DNA of 64,000 nucleotides from Podarcis tiliguerta (taxonomy: Eukaryota), in the NCBI GenBank assembly GCA_965153285.1, contig OZ229115.1; one strand, given 5' to 3'. A program made the position numbers and the translations under genes. The notes beneath the pieces were generated by a model, which saw nothing but the letters and a program-made list of their open reading frames with translations, did not search any database and was not told where the DNA came from. The stretch's first letter is position 1; each line of letters opens with the position of its first letter. This document shows positions 37,428 to 51,629 of the stretch, piece by piece.

Positions 37428-40400
37428 ATTCAGAAGTATTAATGCTTGAGACTGTGGAAGTCGGTGGGGATCAGTGGCTAGCCTGTGACCTTCAAATTCT
37501 GCTGGCCTACAACTTCCACCACCCTCAGACAGCATGGCCAGTGATCAGGGATGATGAGTATTGTAGTTTGGCAACATCAGAAGGGCAACAGGTCAACCAT
37601 GCCTGCCTTATAGCCTGGCTGCAGCTTGAACATGGATAATTTATGGGAATCTTTCATGCCTTCACTCTGACATGCATATGAGACAGAGATGAGACACAGA
37701 GTAGTCGCAAATGGCCGGGTTTCCATTCTGCCTCTTTAACATATGAAGGGATTTTATAGGTTTTAATCTATATGTATTAGTACAAATGGAGGAAGGTAAA
37801 ACAAATATATACACACAACCAATTCACTTTCTGTAACTAATACAATACCTGATAGGAATCTATTCTTTTCCTTGTATATTATACAACCCATCAACGGTTT
37901 CCCACGAAACAGAGAATACTTCATATTTCAATTTGACACACTGACGATTGTTACCTCCATGTAAAACATTATGAGTCAAATGTTAAGCCCTTTTTTCTCA
38001 GACAAGGCTATTAATAAAAACCTGATAAGTCTCTCTGTGTGCATGTGGGGTAAAGCCTTTGACTGCACAAATGACATGAAATAATACTAGAAAATCTCCT
38101 GATATCACCAGCAAAAAGAAATCTATTTAGTGATCATTTTCAGGGTTGAGTATGCCTCTTCAGATGTTCTATATCAGAAACATACGGAAACAAAACATAA
38201 TAATAATTATATATATATAGAAAAGAAGAGGCAGTAAGGATTTGCACACTAGCTGTGCCCCTACCCCTCAATCATCCTCCATAAGTTTATCTTCTGAACC
38301 TGGGAGATTCTGCATGAACTCCTAAGTGTCTCCTCATGCATTTTAGAATTGGAGTCCTAAAAGACTGCCCTCCAAATTATGCTTGCTAGCACACTTATCG
38401 CTGCCCTCTTCTTCTTCCTCCTCCTCCTCCGTTTTCCAGAATGACATATAACGTATTTTAATGCTAGTCTGAAAACTGTGTGGTCCACCAAGCCATATTC
38501 AGTCCCAAGGATTGTTAAGCTTGTTCTACTGCTGCCTTCTAGGGTTGGAAAAATGGGAGGGGGAGTGTCAACTGCTTGGCAGAAGGATGCAGCATTTGGC
38601 TTGGGGGGCCTGCAAATTGTGCAGTCCTGTTTTAATGAGCTCCCTTAGGACTAGGGAGGCAAGATGCGCCTGTTTCAAAGACACCTTCAAATAGGTCTCA
38701 TTGTATTTTCCAAGGAATACCAAACATGGCGGGGAGCGGCAGTGCTTTGCCATCCTTAACACAGAGATCCATGAGTCTTATTTATAATTTTTTCTGGAGC
38801 AATAAGCATGCCTTGTTGTCGCAACTATTACTTCCTACAATCAATTTTCTGAAAGTCTTTGGGAATGTAATCAAACTTTAATTACAAAAGAAATTAAAAT
38901 GATAATTAATTTTTCACTGGCAGTTAATAAAAGCTTCCATCCACCTTGATTATGGTGGGTTAAACACCCAGAGCAGGGTGTAAATTCTGCTTCGAGGAGT
39001 AATTTGAAAAACAACAACAACAGCAAGCCAGAAATAGAGAACAAAGACAAATGCTACTTTCTAGAAAGATGAAGAGAAATAAACAATGCAGAAATAATTA
39101 AGATGGGAATGCCACTGGCTTCAGCAATTTCTTTTAGCAGAAGCAGGTTTGCAACAAGTAGATTTACATGACGTAAGTGTACATTTTACACCGCCGTGAT
39201 ATATTCCAATTGCTTGCCCAGTTAAGAAAATAATTGATACTTCTCTTAATTGTACTGCTTACAACTTAATCAGGCATTGGAGGGTCTGATCGAAAGTGAA
39301 ACACAATATGCCTACCTGACATCTGCTTAACACTTTTTGTCATATTAAAATAAATGAGTGCTATTATTAATATTAGGAACAAAAAGCAGTTAAGTAGCGA
39401 GGGGTGGCTGTTCCTGGCATAGAGTGCAATTCTGCAGAATAAGATGACAAAAGGGGTTGATGGGAGAAGAGATTATACATAATGAAGGTCTCACGAAGTT
39501 ACAAGGGGGCAGCAGTGTAGGAGAGGTGGAGGGCTTTAAAAGTAAGGATGAAGTGCCTGAGGTTAACATGTAGGGAAACAGAATTACATAATCAAACAAT
39601 AGGTGAAAAATGTGAATTTAGTGTGTGTGTGTATTTTTTAAAAAGGGAAGAGTTTGCGGAAGAGGGTGTTAGTAGGAAAGAAGTTATAGTCATCTTCCAG
39701 ATGACTTCCTGATAGAAGTAGATGTACAGGAAAAGGCAACTCCGGGAGATGTAGTAAAGGATGCAGAGTTTGCTTGGCTGCTAGAGGAGAAGGACAGGAA
39801 AAAGTCAAAGGTGGCCCTTTAGTGGCATGCCTCTGAGATGGGCAGGCGACAATACCTAAGAAACCCAGAGTGAAGATTCTTTAAGTATTACACTAGCATT
39901 GTGGAAGAATCACGTCCATGTGTTTATCCTATGAGCATCAGTGTGATATTTAAAGGCCTACAGCCACATGGACCTTTCCCATAGAATCAGCTCTAGTGTT
40001 GCAGGCCTTTAAATGTTATATAAGAACAGTGGGATAAACTTAAAAACAGCAGCACAGCTCCTGTAATGGAAGGTGAAGGATTAATGGCTGCAGACCTTCC
40101 AAGTGTCCCTGTTTTCCAGGGGCAGTCCCGGATTTGCAGAAGCTGTCCTGGTTTCTGATTTGATCCCAGAATGTCCTGGGAGAAATGCTGTAGGGTATGG
40201 ACTAGGACACCCCTATGTCATTGGATAAGTGTTGGAAGGTATGTGGTTGACAGCATGGAAACAGAAGGTATCACCCATATGAAGTGGAGTATGTGAAAAA
40301 GTGGAAGTGACAAGTTGGCATATACAATATTCACTCCCCCCCCCATCCCACCCCCATATCTTAAATTTTAGACTCGACTAGGCAAGACAGCCACAGGGAG

Positions 40401-40661
40401 AAAGATGTTACTGAATATCAGAGCACCATTTCACATACTTTGGAGTCTCCAAGCGATCAGGCTTGTTCAAATGCATGTCACTTTGCAACATGTTCAGTTC
40501 AATATGGTCCTCCTTTGGTAAAACTTTGCTACTAATCTAGAAATAGCTCAAGAGGCACTTTCTATGTACCACACAAATATCAGAACAGAAGGTTACCATT
40601 AAACGTCACTATCTATCACATTACCATACTGATATTGGTTTGAAAAACAATATTCACTTAC

Positions 40662-40753
40662 CTGGAGCAATGCAAATTTAAGAAGCTTATGCTTGCACAG
40701 ATCATGAAAACTCTGGCCAGCCACGAACAAAAGAGTATAGATGCTGCACTCAT
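40662..40753 (-). CDS. C8B: C8 beta exon 1 (signal peptide)
   Basis: aaaacATG..TCC AG|gtaagt, 92 nt; MSAASILFCSWLARVFMICASISFLNLHCS is a hydrophobic signal peptide. Phase 2 matches exon 2. Confidence 0.9.
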
Positions 40754-40859
40754 GTTTTAAAGTACTGTGGGAAATCTATAGCAGGTTTCTTTACTAATTC
40801 CGTTTGCTACTGTGTTTGAAAACAGCGGGGCGAGCAAGGTAGATTAGTAGCTGTTTCCC

Positions 40860-41000
40860 AGCAGGCAAACAGAAGATAAGCTACCTTCCGACAAATTTAA
40901 CAAAGTTTGCTGGTTGGACAGAGCCTTCTACTGGGCCACTGGAAAACTGTTGGAGAAAGTCGGAGACATGAAGCACAGCTCAGGACCTGTTTACTGGTCT
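40860..41000 (-). promoter_or_regulatory. Probable C8B proximal promoter with liver-factor-like motifs
   Basis: Lies 110-250 nt upstream of the ATG. FoxA-like GCAAACA (40865-40871) and TGTTTAC (40988-40994), GATA AGATAAG (40874-40880), HNF4-core-like CAAAGT (40901-40906). Motif-level evidence only. Confidence 0.4.
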
Positions 41001-41458
41001 GTCTTACATAAATCTAAGGCTGCAATTCTATAGCCAGTTATGGAGATTTAAAATTGGAACTCTATGCATAGTAACCTGGGTGTAACATGCCTTATTGGAC
41101 ACACAGTGGGACTTACTACAGAGTAAGGAGGCACAGCAGGGGACTGCAACCCCTGTTAACTTCTACCTCTAATTGGCTTCCCATTTGCGGATTAACATTA
41201 CAATTCTTTGTATTTAATGGTGCTTAGTCTCAGGTAAGTATAGGATTTCACTAGTAAGGTATTTAAAATCTTAATTTAGAAAAGATTTGAATAGGAAATC
41301 ATTATCGCCCTCAAAGCCCAGTTCCAACCTTTCTGTTTTCATCCTGAAATAATCAATCACAATGAGTTAAAACACAGAGACTTCCTTGATTCTGGAGGAA
41401 AACTAAACCATCTGCTAAAAGTATAGGAGATCCTGGTCAAGATCAATAAATGCTTTAG

Positions 41459-41460
<2 letters not shown>

Positions 41461-41508
<48 letters not shown>
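41461..41508. repeat. Compound (TC)n(AC)n microsatellite
   Basis: Directly visible. Confidence 0.95.
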
Positions 41509-42199
41509 TTATTTTTAATTGTATCTTTTTTTCTCATGGCAGCCACATGTTGAATAATACACTGCAGATCATATTCTGGAGCTATAACCACTCCCCATCA
41601 GAATAAAAACAAGGGTCATGAAAAGAAAAGCCAGTGTCTACAACTAGACACAACTGCTTACAGTCTGGTGCTTGGTTAAAGGGATATTTTCACTATCCGT
41701 GATGTGGATCTGGCAGTCATAAGCAGGTGGGAATTCCACAGATAACAAGGACTGTACCGATTTAATTGTAGTTGAATGCTTGTGCCAGACCTCAACCACC
41801 AGCAATTGTTTCTTTTTCCTACCAATTATAAATAGAGTTACGGGCTCCTTTAAATAATGAGTTGAACACAATCTTATCTTTGATGGCCGTTAGCACATCA
41901 AATTTATAAGGAGGTTATGTTGATTTATGTGTAAATTTATTTGTAAGTTTTTACAAACTTTCAAGGCAGCTAACAATCTGATACAATACAACGCCATTAA
42001 AAACACCCAGAATAATTGATAAAACAAACCATAAGCCAATTGGGGGGAAAAACAGAAAACAAAAATGGGGGAATAATGTTATAGAATTCTATTTGCAGTG
42101 CTCCCACTAAAAGGGCTCTGTTTTCAGACATTCTCCTTGAGGAGACCTGGAGGGCAGCTTTTACGCACTTTAACTTGCTTGGCACAAATTCTTCAGGTA

Positions 42200-42441
42200 C
42201 AGTCATACCTCGGGTTAAAGTAGCTTTGCGTTGAGCGTTTTCGCGTTGCGCTCTGCTGCAACCCGGAAGTAACAGAATGCATTACTTCCGGGTTTCGCCG
42301 CTCGCGCAGACACTCAAAATGACATCATGTGCATGCGCAGCAAATTGTGGCACGTGCAGACACACAGACATGGGTTGCATTCGCTTCAGGATGCGAAAGG
42401 GGCTCCGGAATGGATCCTGTTTTCATCCAGAGGTACCACTG
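42200..42441. mobile_element. Tigger/pogo-like MITE
   Basis: TA|CAGTCATACCTC...GAGGTACCACTG|TA; TA TSD. Confidence 0.8.
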
Positions 42442-43438
42442 TATTCTAATTACTATCATGAAATCTAAAAGACATGAATTACTACAACATACATCCCTTA
42501 TACATTTATAAGTCCCATTCAAAGCTAAAAAAATAGAATTGTTTTATTGCAACATCATTTCTTTACAACAAGCAACTTAGCAACAACCATTTAACAGAGA
42601 ACTTGTGCCATATCAGCCGACTTATTATGGGAAGTGCTCAGGAAAGCCTGAGTTCTGCCAACTGGATTCTCAGCAGATGGCCTAACCGATAACCTTTCCC
42701 CTTCATCGGTATTCAATGAAGACTAACAATTAAGAAAGATGGTTCAGGCTGTCCAAAGGTTTTGTCAGCTTCAAGTCCCATTGGTCCCATGACTAACAAA
42801 GATGTTTCTAGCAGTGGCTTGACCTTTGATGTGATCAATTTCACTGTTAATCATTAGTGCACAGATAAAATGCCATTTACTGGAAAGTTTGTGGATCACT
42901 GTTTGCACAGAAGGCAAGCAGTATCACTTGAGATTATAGATACAGAAAATGTAGTATATTTTATAAAAAGAAAATGCAGAGCAGAATCCGACAACCTACA
43001 GTGAGTTGGTTTATAAACGGACCCCCAGAACGGATTAAGGTGGTAAACCAAGGTACCACTGTATTTTGGTTCAAAAGTATCATAAATGAGACACCTAGCA
43101 GACAAAACTGGGTACATGTTTGTCCATACAAGAGTGGCAGCCAGATTGTGAAGACTAATATATTATTCAGTCTTGATTCAAATTAATGTTCAGAAAAGAA
43201 AGTCGTAATATTAACTTGCATGCCAGATCACAGAACAGGTAATATCAAACTTTCAGAGATATTTGCTATAATCCAGTACAGAATTAGCAATGCTAATTTG
43301 CTAACATCCACTGTTGTCATGCTGCCCAAAAGAGGTTGGCCACGGGTGAATGTAGTCCTTGAGTCAAACAATGGTTAGCCACTCCTACACTAGACCCTTG
43401 GTGGTTTATTCCATCAAGTAGTATGAAATATTCGAGTA

Positions 43439-43664
43439 CAGTGGTACCTCGTGTTACGTACCGTCCCCCCTTATGAATGCTGCGGGTTACGTGCTCTGAT
43501 AACCCGGAAGTAGATGCTCCCTTGTTGTGACCTTTGCCCTGGGATGCGAGTGGAAGTCACGCTCTGGAAGTGCCCTTAGCGAAAGCACACCTCATGTTAC
43601 GAACGGTTTCCAGTTACAAACGGACCTCCAGTATGGATTATATACGTAACACGAGGTACCACTG
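43439..43664. mobile_element. Tigger/pogo-like MITE
   Basis: Perfect 22-bp TIR CAGTGGTACCTCGTGTTACGTA with TA TSD. A further orphan right end terminates at 43061. Confidence 0.9.
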
Positions 43665-45204
43665 TATTTGAAATTTCAGTTGCTATTAAAGTTTATGCTG
43701 GCTTCAACCACTGGCAAAATTGCTTTGTATATTTTCATACTGACCATTGTAGGTTATTATTCTTATTTGACATAAAGGAACTGGGATAAAGGACTCATTC
43801 AACACCACCTAGAGATCCAGGATTGATGCAGAACCCACACTTACCGTACTAACCGTTCACCACAGTGCCACATTATCTTAATTGTTAGGAACATACTCAG
43901 TATGAACATTGTTCTTTCTGCCAACTCTTTACAGGCTTTCCCCTCCTTTTAAAACTTTTGACTGGGGTTCCCTTTTGGAAACATGAATGCACTGAAATGT
44001 TGTTGGGTCTAAGAGAGCTATGAAATCGGATTATGGAGATAGCAATTTATAAGAAGAGATATTTTGCTGCTAATAATGCCTCAAAGAGGCATGGCTTTTG
44101 AGTACATCGTTTGTTTTATTAGCTTTCTGATAAAACTTTTTGAGCTTGATAGATGGGCTGCAAGGCAAACATTTCCATGGAGATAAGACTATTTGGAACT
44201 GGGGGAAGCTAATTGCTGGACAGTTATTTCATTAATGAGCCTGATATCCCTTTCCTGCAGCAGAATAATTTCAAAAGGAGATAGGTAATGCTCCTGCAGG
44301 GAATCAGGAAATCTCAACAGGGTATCTTGTGTTATTTCTCACTGCCTCACAGATAAGAGAGAGGTCATATGATGTATATATTTCCGTTTATAACTAATTC
44401 TGTTTACAACCAGAGGGGGTAAAATTGCATCTTCCTCAACACACATTTATTTTAAACCTACAGGCCCCATTGAGATATAATCTCAGAATTACCTAGTTAC
44501 TTCTAAGCAAGAAGAGGCAAAAATTAGAAGTAAAAATATATCAAAACTTAGGCCCAATCGGATGCCTTTGTTCTTTGCATGTTGTTTTAGGCAAGCCCAA
44601 TTGTTCTTAAAACTATGACTTGCACAGATAGCCTACCCTGGAGGTAGCCAACAGGTTGGCTGGGGCTGATGGAAGTTGTAGTCCAACAGCATCTGGAGGG
44701 CACCTGACTATCTCTGACCTACATTGTCTCAGGACAGTGATCATCAGCAGAATTAGAGGAACAAAGGAAGTTGTATTATAGAAAGTCAGACCATTGGCTC
44801 ATCTAGGTCAATATTGTTGACACTGACTGACAGGTGGCTCTCTGGGGTTTCAGGCAGAATCCTATTTTGTTTTTTTAAGTATATGAATGTGTCTTTACTT
44901 ATTGAAAAAGGCTTGTGAACACAGTGCATTGCATATGAGTGGTTAATGATCAGTTCTGTTGGGAATGCTTAGTTATGCCCTACCTTTTGATGGAAATTTG
45001 TTATATTAAAAAGTAATAAATTATAAAACCTGTTAAGATCCAAGTGGAAGAACACAACATACTAGCAGTTCACCACAACCTGCAAATGTTATATTTACAA
45101 AAGTACAATTTTATGGTATTGGGACTATAGCCAGGAATGGACAAGTGGTCAACTTTATATTTTGTCTATCACATTCAACCTGCAAAAGAATGAGAGCAAA
45201 TAAT

Positions 45205-48200
45205 GCTTATGATTTTAAATGTTTTTATTTGTAACAGTATTACATGGTGTGTTACAGAAATTAATGGAAAATTTCTAAAAATTTGTTGGTTTTTTTCTGC
45301 TGAATGCATTACACATAAAGTTAAGGGTGAAAAAAAGATGTTCAACAAATGGTTTTCCTCTGAGGTAAAGTTAAAGTAGATCTAGAAATGTACTGCAAAA
45401 AACAGTCATTTTTATCTTTCTTTTCTTTATTAAAAAAATACGTGTCGGAATGCAGAAATCAAAATGAATAAAGGTAGAAAGTAAACATCTTTGCAACGAA
45501 GGTGCCCAGTACATTATTTGATCATAGGTTTTGTCAGACAGTTGAATGACTACGATCTATCAAAATATTTTTTTAATGACATGGTTGGAATCAAGAAACT
45601 ACTGGAGACAGTACAGGATGGTGAGTGGGATTCCCTGGTTTAAAATTTAAAGTGACAAATTTAGTGCTAGTGAAGAGCAGGAAGGGGAAAGCTTGTTGAC
45701 TCCCCTGAACCTATTATGTATCTATTGAATGGTACAGTGTAGGCTCCAATATTATCTCGCTTCTAGGCTATGGCAAAAAATGAATCTTCTGATGGTGGAA
45801 CAGGGTAGCTATGGAGCCTCTTGTTTTAACCCCACCCCACCCCCCAAAAAACCCATAACCAAATGTTTACATGGAGCAAATTTCTTTGTGACTTCTGATT
45901 TTGATATCCCAACTTGATTCTCTTTTATAGCTACTGTGTAGTATTGGTTACATAAACTTTTCCCATCCTGGGAAGGTTCTTCAGAGTCGTATGGTTACAG
46001 AAATCTTCAAACTATGATGTGAATGCTTTGGTCATTAACTGAAAAGCTAATGAGACCTCAACCTACTCCAAAGTTTTATGAAGAACTGAAATGTCACCTT
46101 CTTCTAATCCAATATCCCAACACAAAAATGGTAAATAGTAGGGTTGCCCTATTTATGGAAGCAAAATTCAGTATACAAAAGTTGAACTTTTTTTAGGCAA
46201 TCATCCTCAATCTTGGGCATTTTACCAATTTCCCGTAATTCCCCCCCCCCCCATGCTATTTTCACTGGGGAATTCCAGATGCTTGGCAACCCTGTAAATA
46301 GCTTTGCTAAGGAAGAATGTAGCATTTCCTATTAAAATCAATAATTGGAAGATTATCTAATAAGAAAATGTTTTCATTCACTTGGTTGGACTGAAAATAT
46401 ACAATCCCACGCATTTTAAATCCTACTGGGAATATATTTTTTGCATCTTTTGTTTGATGTGAGTTTGCCACAGAGATCCTGACAATTAGAACAGAGAGAA
46501 GAAATGACAGGAACAGTGCATTAGATCTCACTTCTTTGATACTGAGCCTATCAACATCTAGTGTATCATTCACTCACTGGTAAAGCACACATTCAGTATA
46601 TATTTCAGAGTTACTGGCTGGAATTAGGAAATTTAGTTGCCAGCACCACCAAATCACCATCCTGTTCCGCTTTCAGCTGTGTGTGTAAAATGCTTTCATT
46701 AAACCATTCAAACATATGGAAATATACAACTCCAGGCCTACACAAATCAATGGAAAATACACAGAAACCTTGGTGTTATGATCTAAAAACAAAAAATCTG
46801 CATAACCCATTAAGCAATTCCTCATTTGGGTTCATTAACTTTTTTTTAGTGCTAAACCACTAAAATTCAATATATTGTGATCTGCATAGGAACTTCAGGA
46901 AAACACATTTGACCTGTATAACAATTCTCTGTAGGCCAAAAATATATAGATTCTTTATGCAAATTATGTGCTAAGGATAGGAACCAAACACTGCACTTTT
47001 CTTACATAAATGCTTAAAAAAGAGAATTTTTAAAAAGTTGTTTCTGATTTGTGTGTAAACAGTTTTGATTTTTATTTTCTAGCTATGAAATGGCTATGGA
47101 ATGTACTTTTTTCCCTTGAAAATGTACAGTATGTAGTAATATTTGTGTCATAAAAGCAAGAAAATAAATCATGTGTTACCCATCAACTTTACTAGTTGCT
47201 GACAACCTAATTGCTGCTGGGAAATGCACTTTATTATAAGCTTGTGGGGGGAAAAAACCATACGAGATGCAAGAGCCACAGACTGGGGGTTTCCACACTT
47301 CCAAAGTACTGCCATTTGCTACCTTCTCTACAGTGTCATGGCATTATTAAAAGAATTCTCATAACATTTTATATTTACAAAAAAAACCTGGCAAATTTCA
47401 TTCAAACTCCTTAAAGCCATTTCCCCTTAAACATTTAAAGAGTTTTATGGTAAGTTTTTTTTTCCTTTTTAATTTCAAGTTATAAAATAAAAATCCCATT
47501 TGAATTTTTCTGATGTACAAAAAGTGATAAAGATGAACAATTTGATCACAGAATCAGTTTCAAAATTCATGCCATCTTCATCTTGGTTAATAAAGTCCAT
47601 CCCAATCAAATCCAGAAAGCATACTGGAAGTATTTGGCAAACAATTTTTTTCTCTCTCTCTCTCTTCAAAAATGGCACACAGAGAAGAAAAACACTTGTC
47701 TGCATAGCATTACAGCAGCAAGATATCAAAGAAATAAAAAATATTCCTTTACTGGTCTTTGTTTTAAGAGTCCCCTAGGAAATAACACTGTTAAGTCTTT
47801 TTCTTCTTCTTTTTCTTCATCAAAATATTTGATGTCCTTTTCTACCCACAGCAGAAGTATTCAAAACAAAAAAAGCAGCATTTCATCTCTTTGATGTACT
47901 GTAATTTCAAAAGGTCCATTTGGCAAACGTTTCCCAATCAAGATGGATAATCAGCAAAATGGCAATCCATGGTTTCAAGTTAAGGATAATTTTCACAGGA
48001 GGCGTTTTGCTGCTAGAGTCTGTCACCTGTCTGTAAGAAAAGGGTATAGAATGGAACACTCAAATACTTTGTCCCCTACCTTCAAATATGCCATTATGGA
48101 GTAGTATTGGGTGGCAGCGGCGGGGAATACAGCCAGATCAGTCTAATATGGTGATAAAAAAGTCACCATATCATCAAAATGTGCAGCCACAGAGCTCAAT

Positions 48201-48630
48201 GGCTGTAGAATTCATGATTTTTTTCCTGCATTTTTTATATTATTAAATGATTAGCTGTCCTTTAACAGATTTGAACTGATTACTTCCATAATGTGGTGCA
48301 CTGGAAATGGCAAAAAAGTGACAAGGCGTGGTGGGAAATGCTGGATAGTTGAAACTTGACGAAAGGTTTTGTTGGATATCAGGACTGTGGAACAAAACAA
48401 AAGTGTCATGTTCTGCCATAGAGAGTTGCCACTGGTTGCCAAAACATTTTGCTTGTTGAATTGATGCAGTGAGGTGATTATCCTTTATTAGATGAGATCA
48501 ACTGCAAGAAAATGTGGGAGCCAAAGGCCTGTCAAGGCTGTAGTTTTCTGTTTGAGTCTTGAAGCACCACAAGCGTGGGTCAACGCTATTTCTTAGGTCT
48601 GTTGATCTGGGCATAGAGAGGCTCTCTTTC
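45205..48630 (-). other. DAB1: DAB1 terminal exon (3' UTR; first 45 nt potentially coding)
   Basis: Acceptor tttctttctattgttcccag|GAAAGAGAGCCTCTCTATGCCCAGATCAACAGACCTAAGAAATAG resembles, from memory, the sequence following the stop exon in mammalian DAB1 mRNA. AU-rich, no recognisable TEs. The 3' boundary is approximate. Confidence 0.8.
45224..45229 (-). terminator. Probable DAB1 distal polyadenylation signal
   Basis: AATAAA on the minus strand followed by U-rich sequence, ending a ~3.4-kb AU-rich tract with no recognisable TEs. Confidence 0.6.
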
Positions 48631-51629
48631 CTGGGAACAATAGAAAGAAATGTGAATAGAGACAGTTCTAGTCATTTGTATCTAAGCAGCAGATTTCAGG
48701 AAAGTAGGTGAGCAGAATAAAAATGCTAAAGAAATAGCATTTTTATTCTTTTGAATTATGATGGTGTTTGAAAAGGCAGTAATAATATAAAAGGATTCAG
48801 CAATTTCGCATTGTTTATTAAGAACCCAATTCATTGTTTAAGTTGAAATAATTATAATGAAATAGAATTCATGTACATCTCACAGTACAGTTGAGACCAG
48901 AAGAGGCTAAGTTTGCAATTATTGTTTTTAAACACACAGAGCAAATCGGCCCATTGCCCCCACACCCTGAAAGACAATTCAAGACAGATGACTAAATGGT
49001 AAAAATATTATATTTCTTAAAATGTAGAAAAATTAGAGGGTCTGCCAGTTAAGCAAATAATTAAGTGTAGGCAGGTGGAATCGATGAATGCATATGAGAG
49101 AAGCAGCCCTCTATCTCATGGGAATGTAAGTCATTGCACTGTGAGTTCCCCAGCCAAGGACTGGGAGAAATATCTCCCTTTTTACTGAGCAAGCCTTGAG
49201 TATCTGAAACCCAACCTGCACACCCGACTCTTCCTGCGGGGCATTCATCATGATGTGTAAACCATATCCTTAGCATTCTATGGATGATGACTCACGAGTG
49301 CCTATTAGCACAGGGTGGCAGTGACATCTTATCTCTTCTTACCTACCAGCACTGAATACCAAACAGCCAAGTTAACCAAATCACCACAAGATACCCTACA
49401 GTGCGAAGTAGATAAAAACAGGGAGTCCTAGGTCCCAACCAGGGGCTCCCTCTTAACTCCTTCCCCCCCCCCAAAAAAAGTGCTAGGCAAAGCCCACTAT
49501 AGAGGGGCAAGACGGGGGCAGCAGTGTAGCTTTAAATACTGGACTGGACTGTCCCCTCCCATTACACACTCCTGCTCATATTCTCCCCCTGGGAGAAACC
49601 AGCTTGAGTCTTTATCAAGTCCAAGAAGGTGGATGAGGCAAATTCAATCCTGCTGAGAGCAAGGACATCATTCAGCTTATAAACATGCAGTTTTAGTTCA
49701 GAGAAATAATGACAAATTGTTTTCCTGTACTCCAGTTAAATATTGCACATCTACTACTATGAACTTTTCTGTTGGCGCATTGTAGCAATTAGATGCAGGA
49801 AGGCTTCACTCCAAAGCCAGTGTAGGCTTGAATAAAATAATAATGGCTAAAATAGCAAAACAATGGATGGTGGTGAGCTAACAAGAAGCCCAATGTGTCA
49901 TATGTCACCTTAGCATTCCATGATATTATACAAATTCAAAATCCAAATAAATGTTAAGTCAGCGATACCAGATATATCAGTAGAACTACCATGTAATAAA
50001 CACATGGCAAGTTTGGCTATAGAGCTTCCTAAAGGATCTAAACCTTTCTATAAAGTGCCCTAGTAAATTGACATCAGGATCTTGCCCCGCTATGAAATCC
50101 TGGTGTGCAGCAGTGCTGTATGACCTATGCTCCCTCCTTGTCGAGTCCAGCAATGGGCACATGCAAGTGATAAAAATTCTGGAGAACTTGAAAGCTTGCT
50201 CACAACTTTGTGACATTTGGGTTGGTCTTGACAAAAGTATACTGTGCGGGTTATTTCCAAATGGAGTGGTGGTGTTGGTGGTGGTCTAAAAAAAAATGCA
50301 GGTTATTTTTCTTTGTAAATGACTAATTTAAAATTCTGAATTATATTATGGAACTCTGTTTGCAGGGCTTGTAAGTAAAAAATGAATGAGTTGGAGCATG
50401 TAACAGCGGCATATTTTGCATTCCAATCCACAAAGTATTCACTTCTCCAGAAGAAGGGTAAAGGTAAGCATACCATATCTTGTATTTATGGGTGATATAC
50501 AACAAGGTCAGTCCACTTGGGCAATGGATTTTTACTCAGGCAAATGGGATTTCTACTTCCTCTCCCCCCTCCCCCAAGCTCCCACCACCCCTAAATAATC
50601 TGCTGTGGAGGCTAGGGGACCCTCAACAGGGCACAAAGTTGGGGGTGGAGGGGGCTACAGAAGAGAGTAAAGGGAAGTCCCATCACATCTACTATTGTGA
50701 TGTTGGATCTTGCCCCATGAATCTGTAACACCTATGCAGAGAATCTCAGCATTTCAAATCAGGTCTTATTGCACAGATAATGAACATTATATCCATCTTC
50801 ATATTTACCCCAGTATGCAAGAAAGAATAACAATTCTATTCCAAGTTTGGGGACACTTCAAAGATTATGCTTACATAGATTGCTGCTGCATAGACCGCAG
50901 ACACTCACAATTCTGGCTAGTTTACAATACAATAGTACTTGAAAGAAAGACGATTTGGCCTCTAGGCTTCATAAATTTTGATGGGACCTTTCACTCTGCT
51001 CTGGTGTAATCCTCACTTTATCCTTAGAATAATAGCCTTGAAGTTTCAGAAAGGATCCCGCTATCTGTTGTCAGTGCACTTTGGGTCATATCTTTAGCAG
51101 TGAATAGCAAATGCACATGGTTGAACAAAGTAAATTAAAAAGCCATTTATCACCTTATAGTACCAGAGGTGCATGAGAAGTAAATTAGAAAGGACAGGAA
51201 AGAATATGTAAATAATAAATAATGCCACGATAATAGAGGGCCCTTTCTTGGGTCAATTGTCATGAACTGGACACTGAAAAGCAGTACCGGGATAGCCAGA
51301 AAATTATACTACAAAGGTAAATAAATAAATCTCCCCCCCCCCCCACAAAATGACACTTAATATTAAATCTCTAAGACCCTTTAATGTTAACCAACTCAAT
51401 GTAGCTTTGTTCTACAGACACTAGTTAACAGGGTATAGATACATTTTTTTAAATGACCCTCAAAAATTATTCCATAGAACTGGCTTTTTTATCTTCTTTA
51501 TAGCCTTTGCTAAAAACACATTTTTAACAAGATTGTTGCACCTCAATTCCCATTTCTTAGCTATCAAAATTATCCTCTACTTCAGAAAGTCATTGCTAAG
51601 GCTTCAGCTTAAAAATGATCACAAATAGC

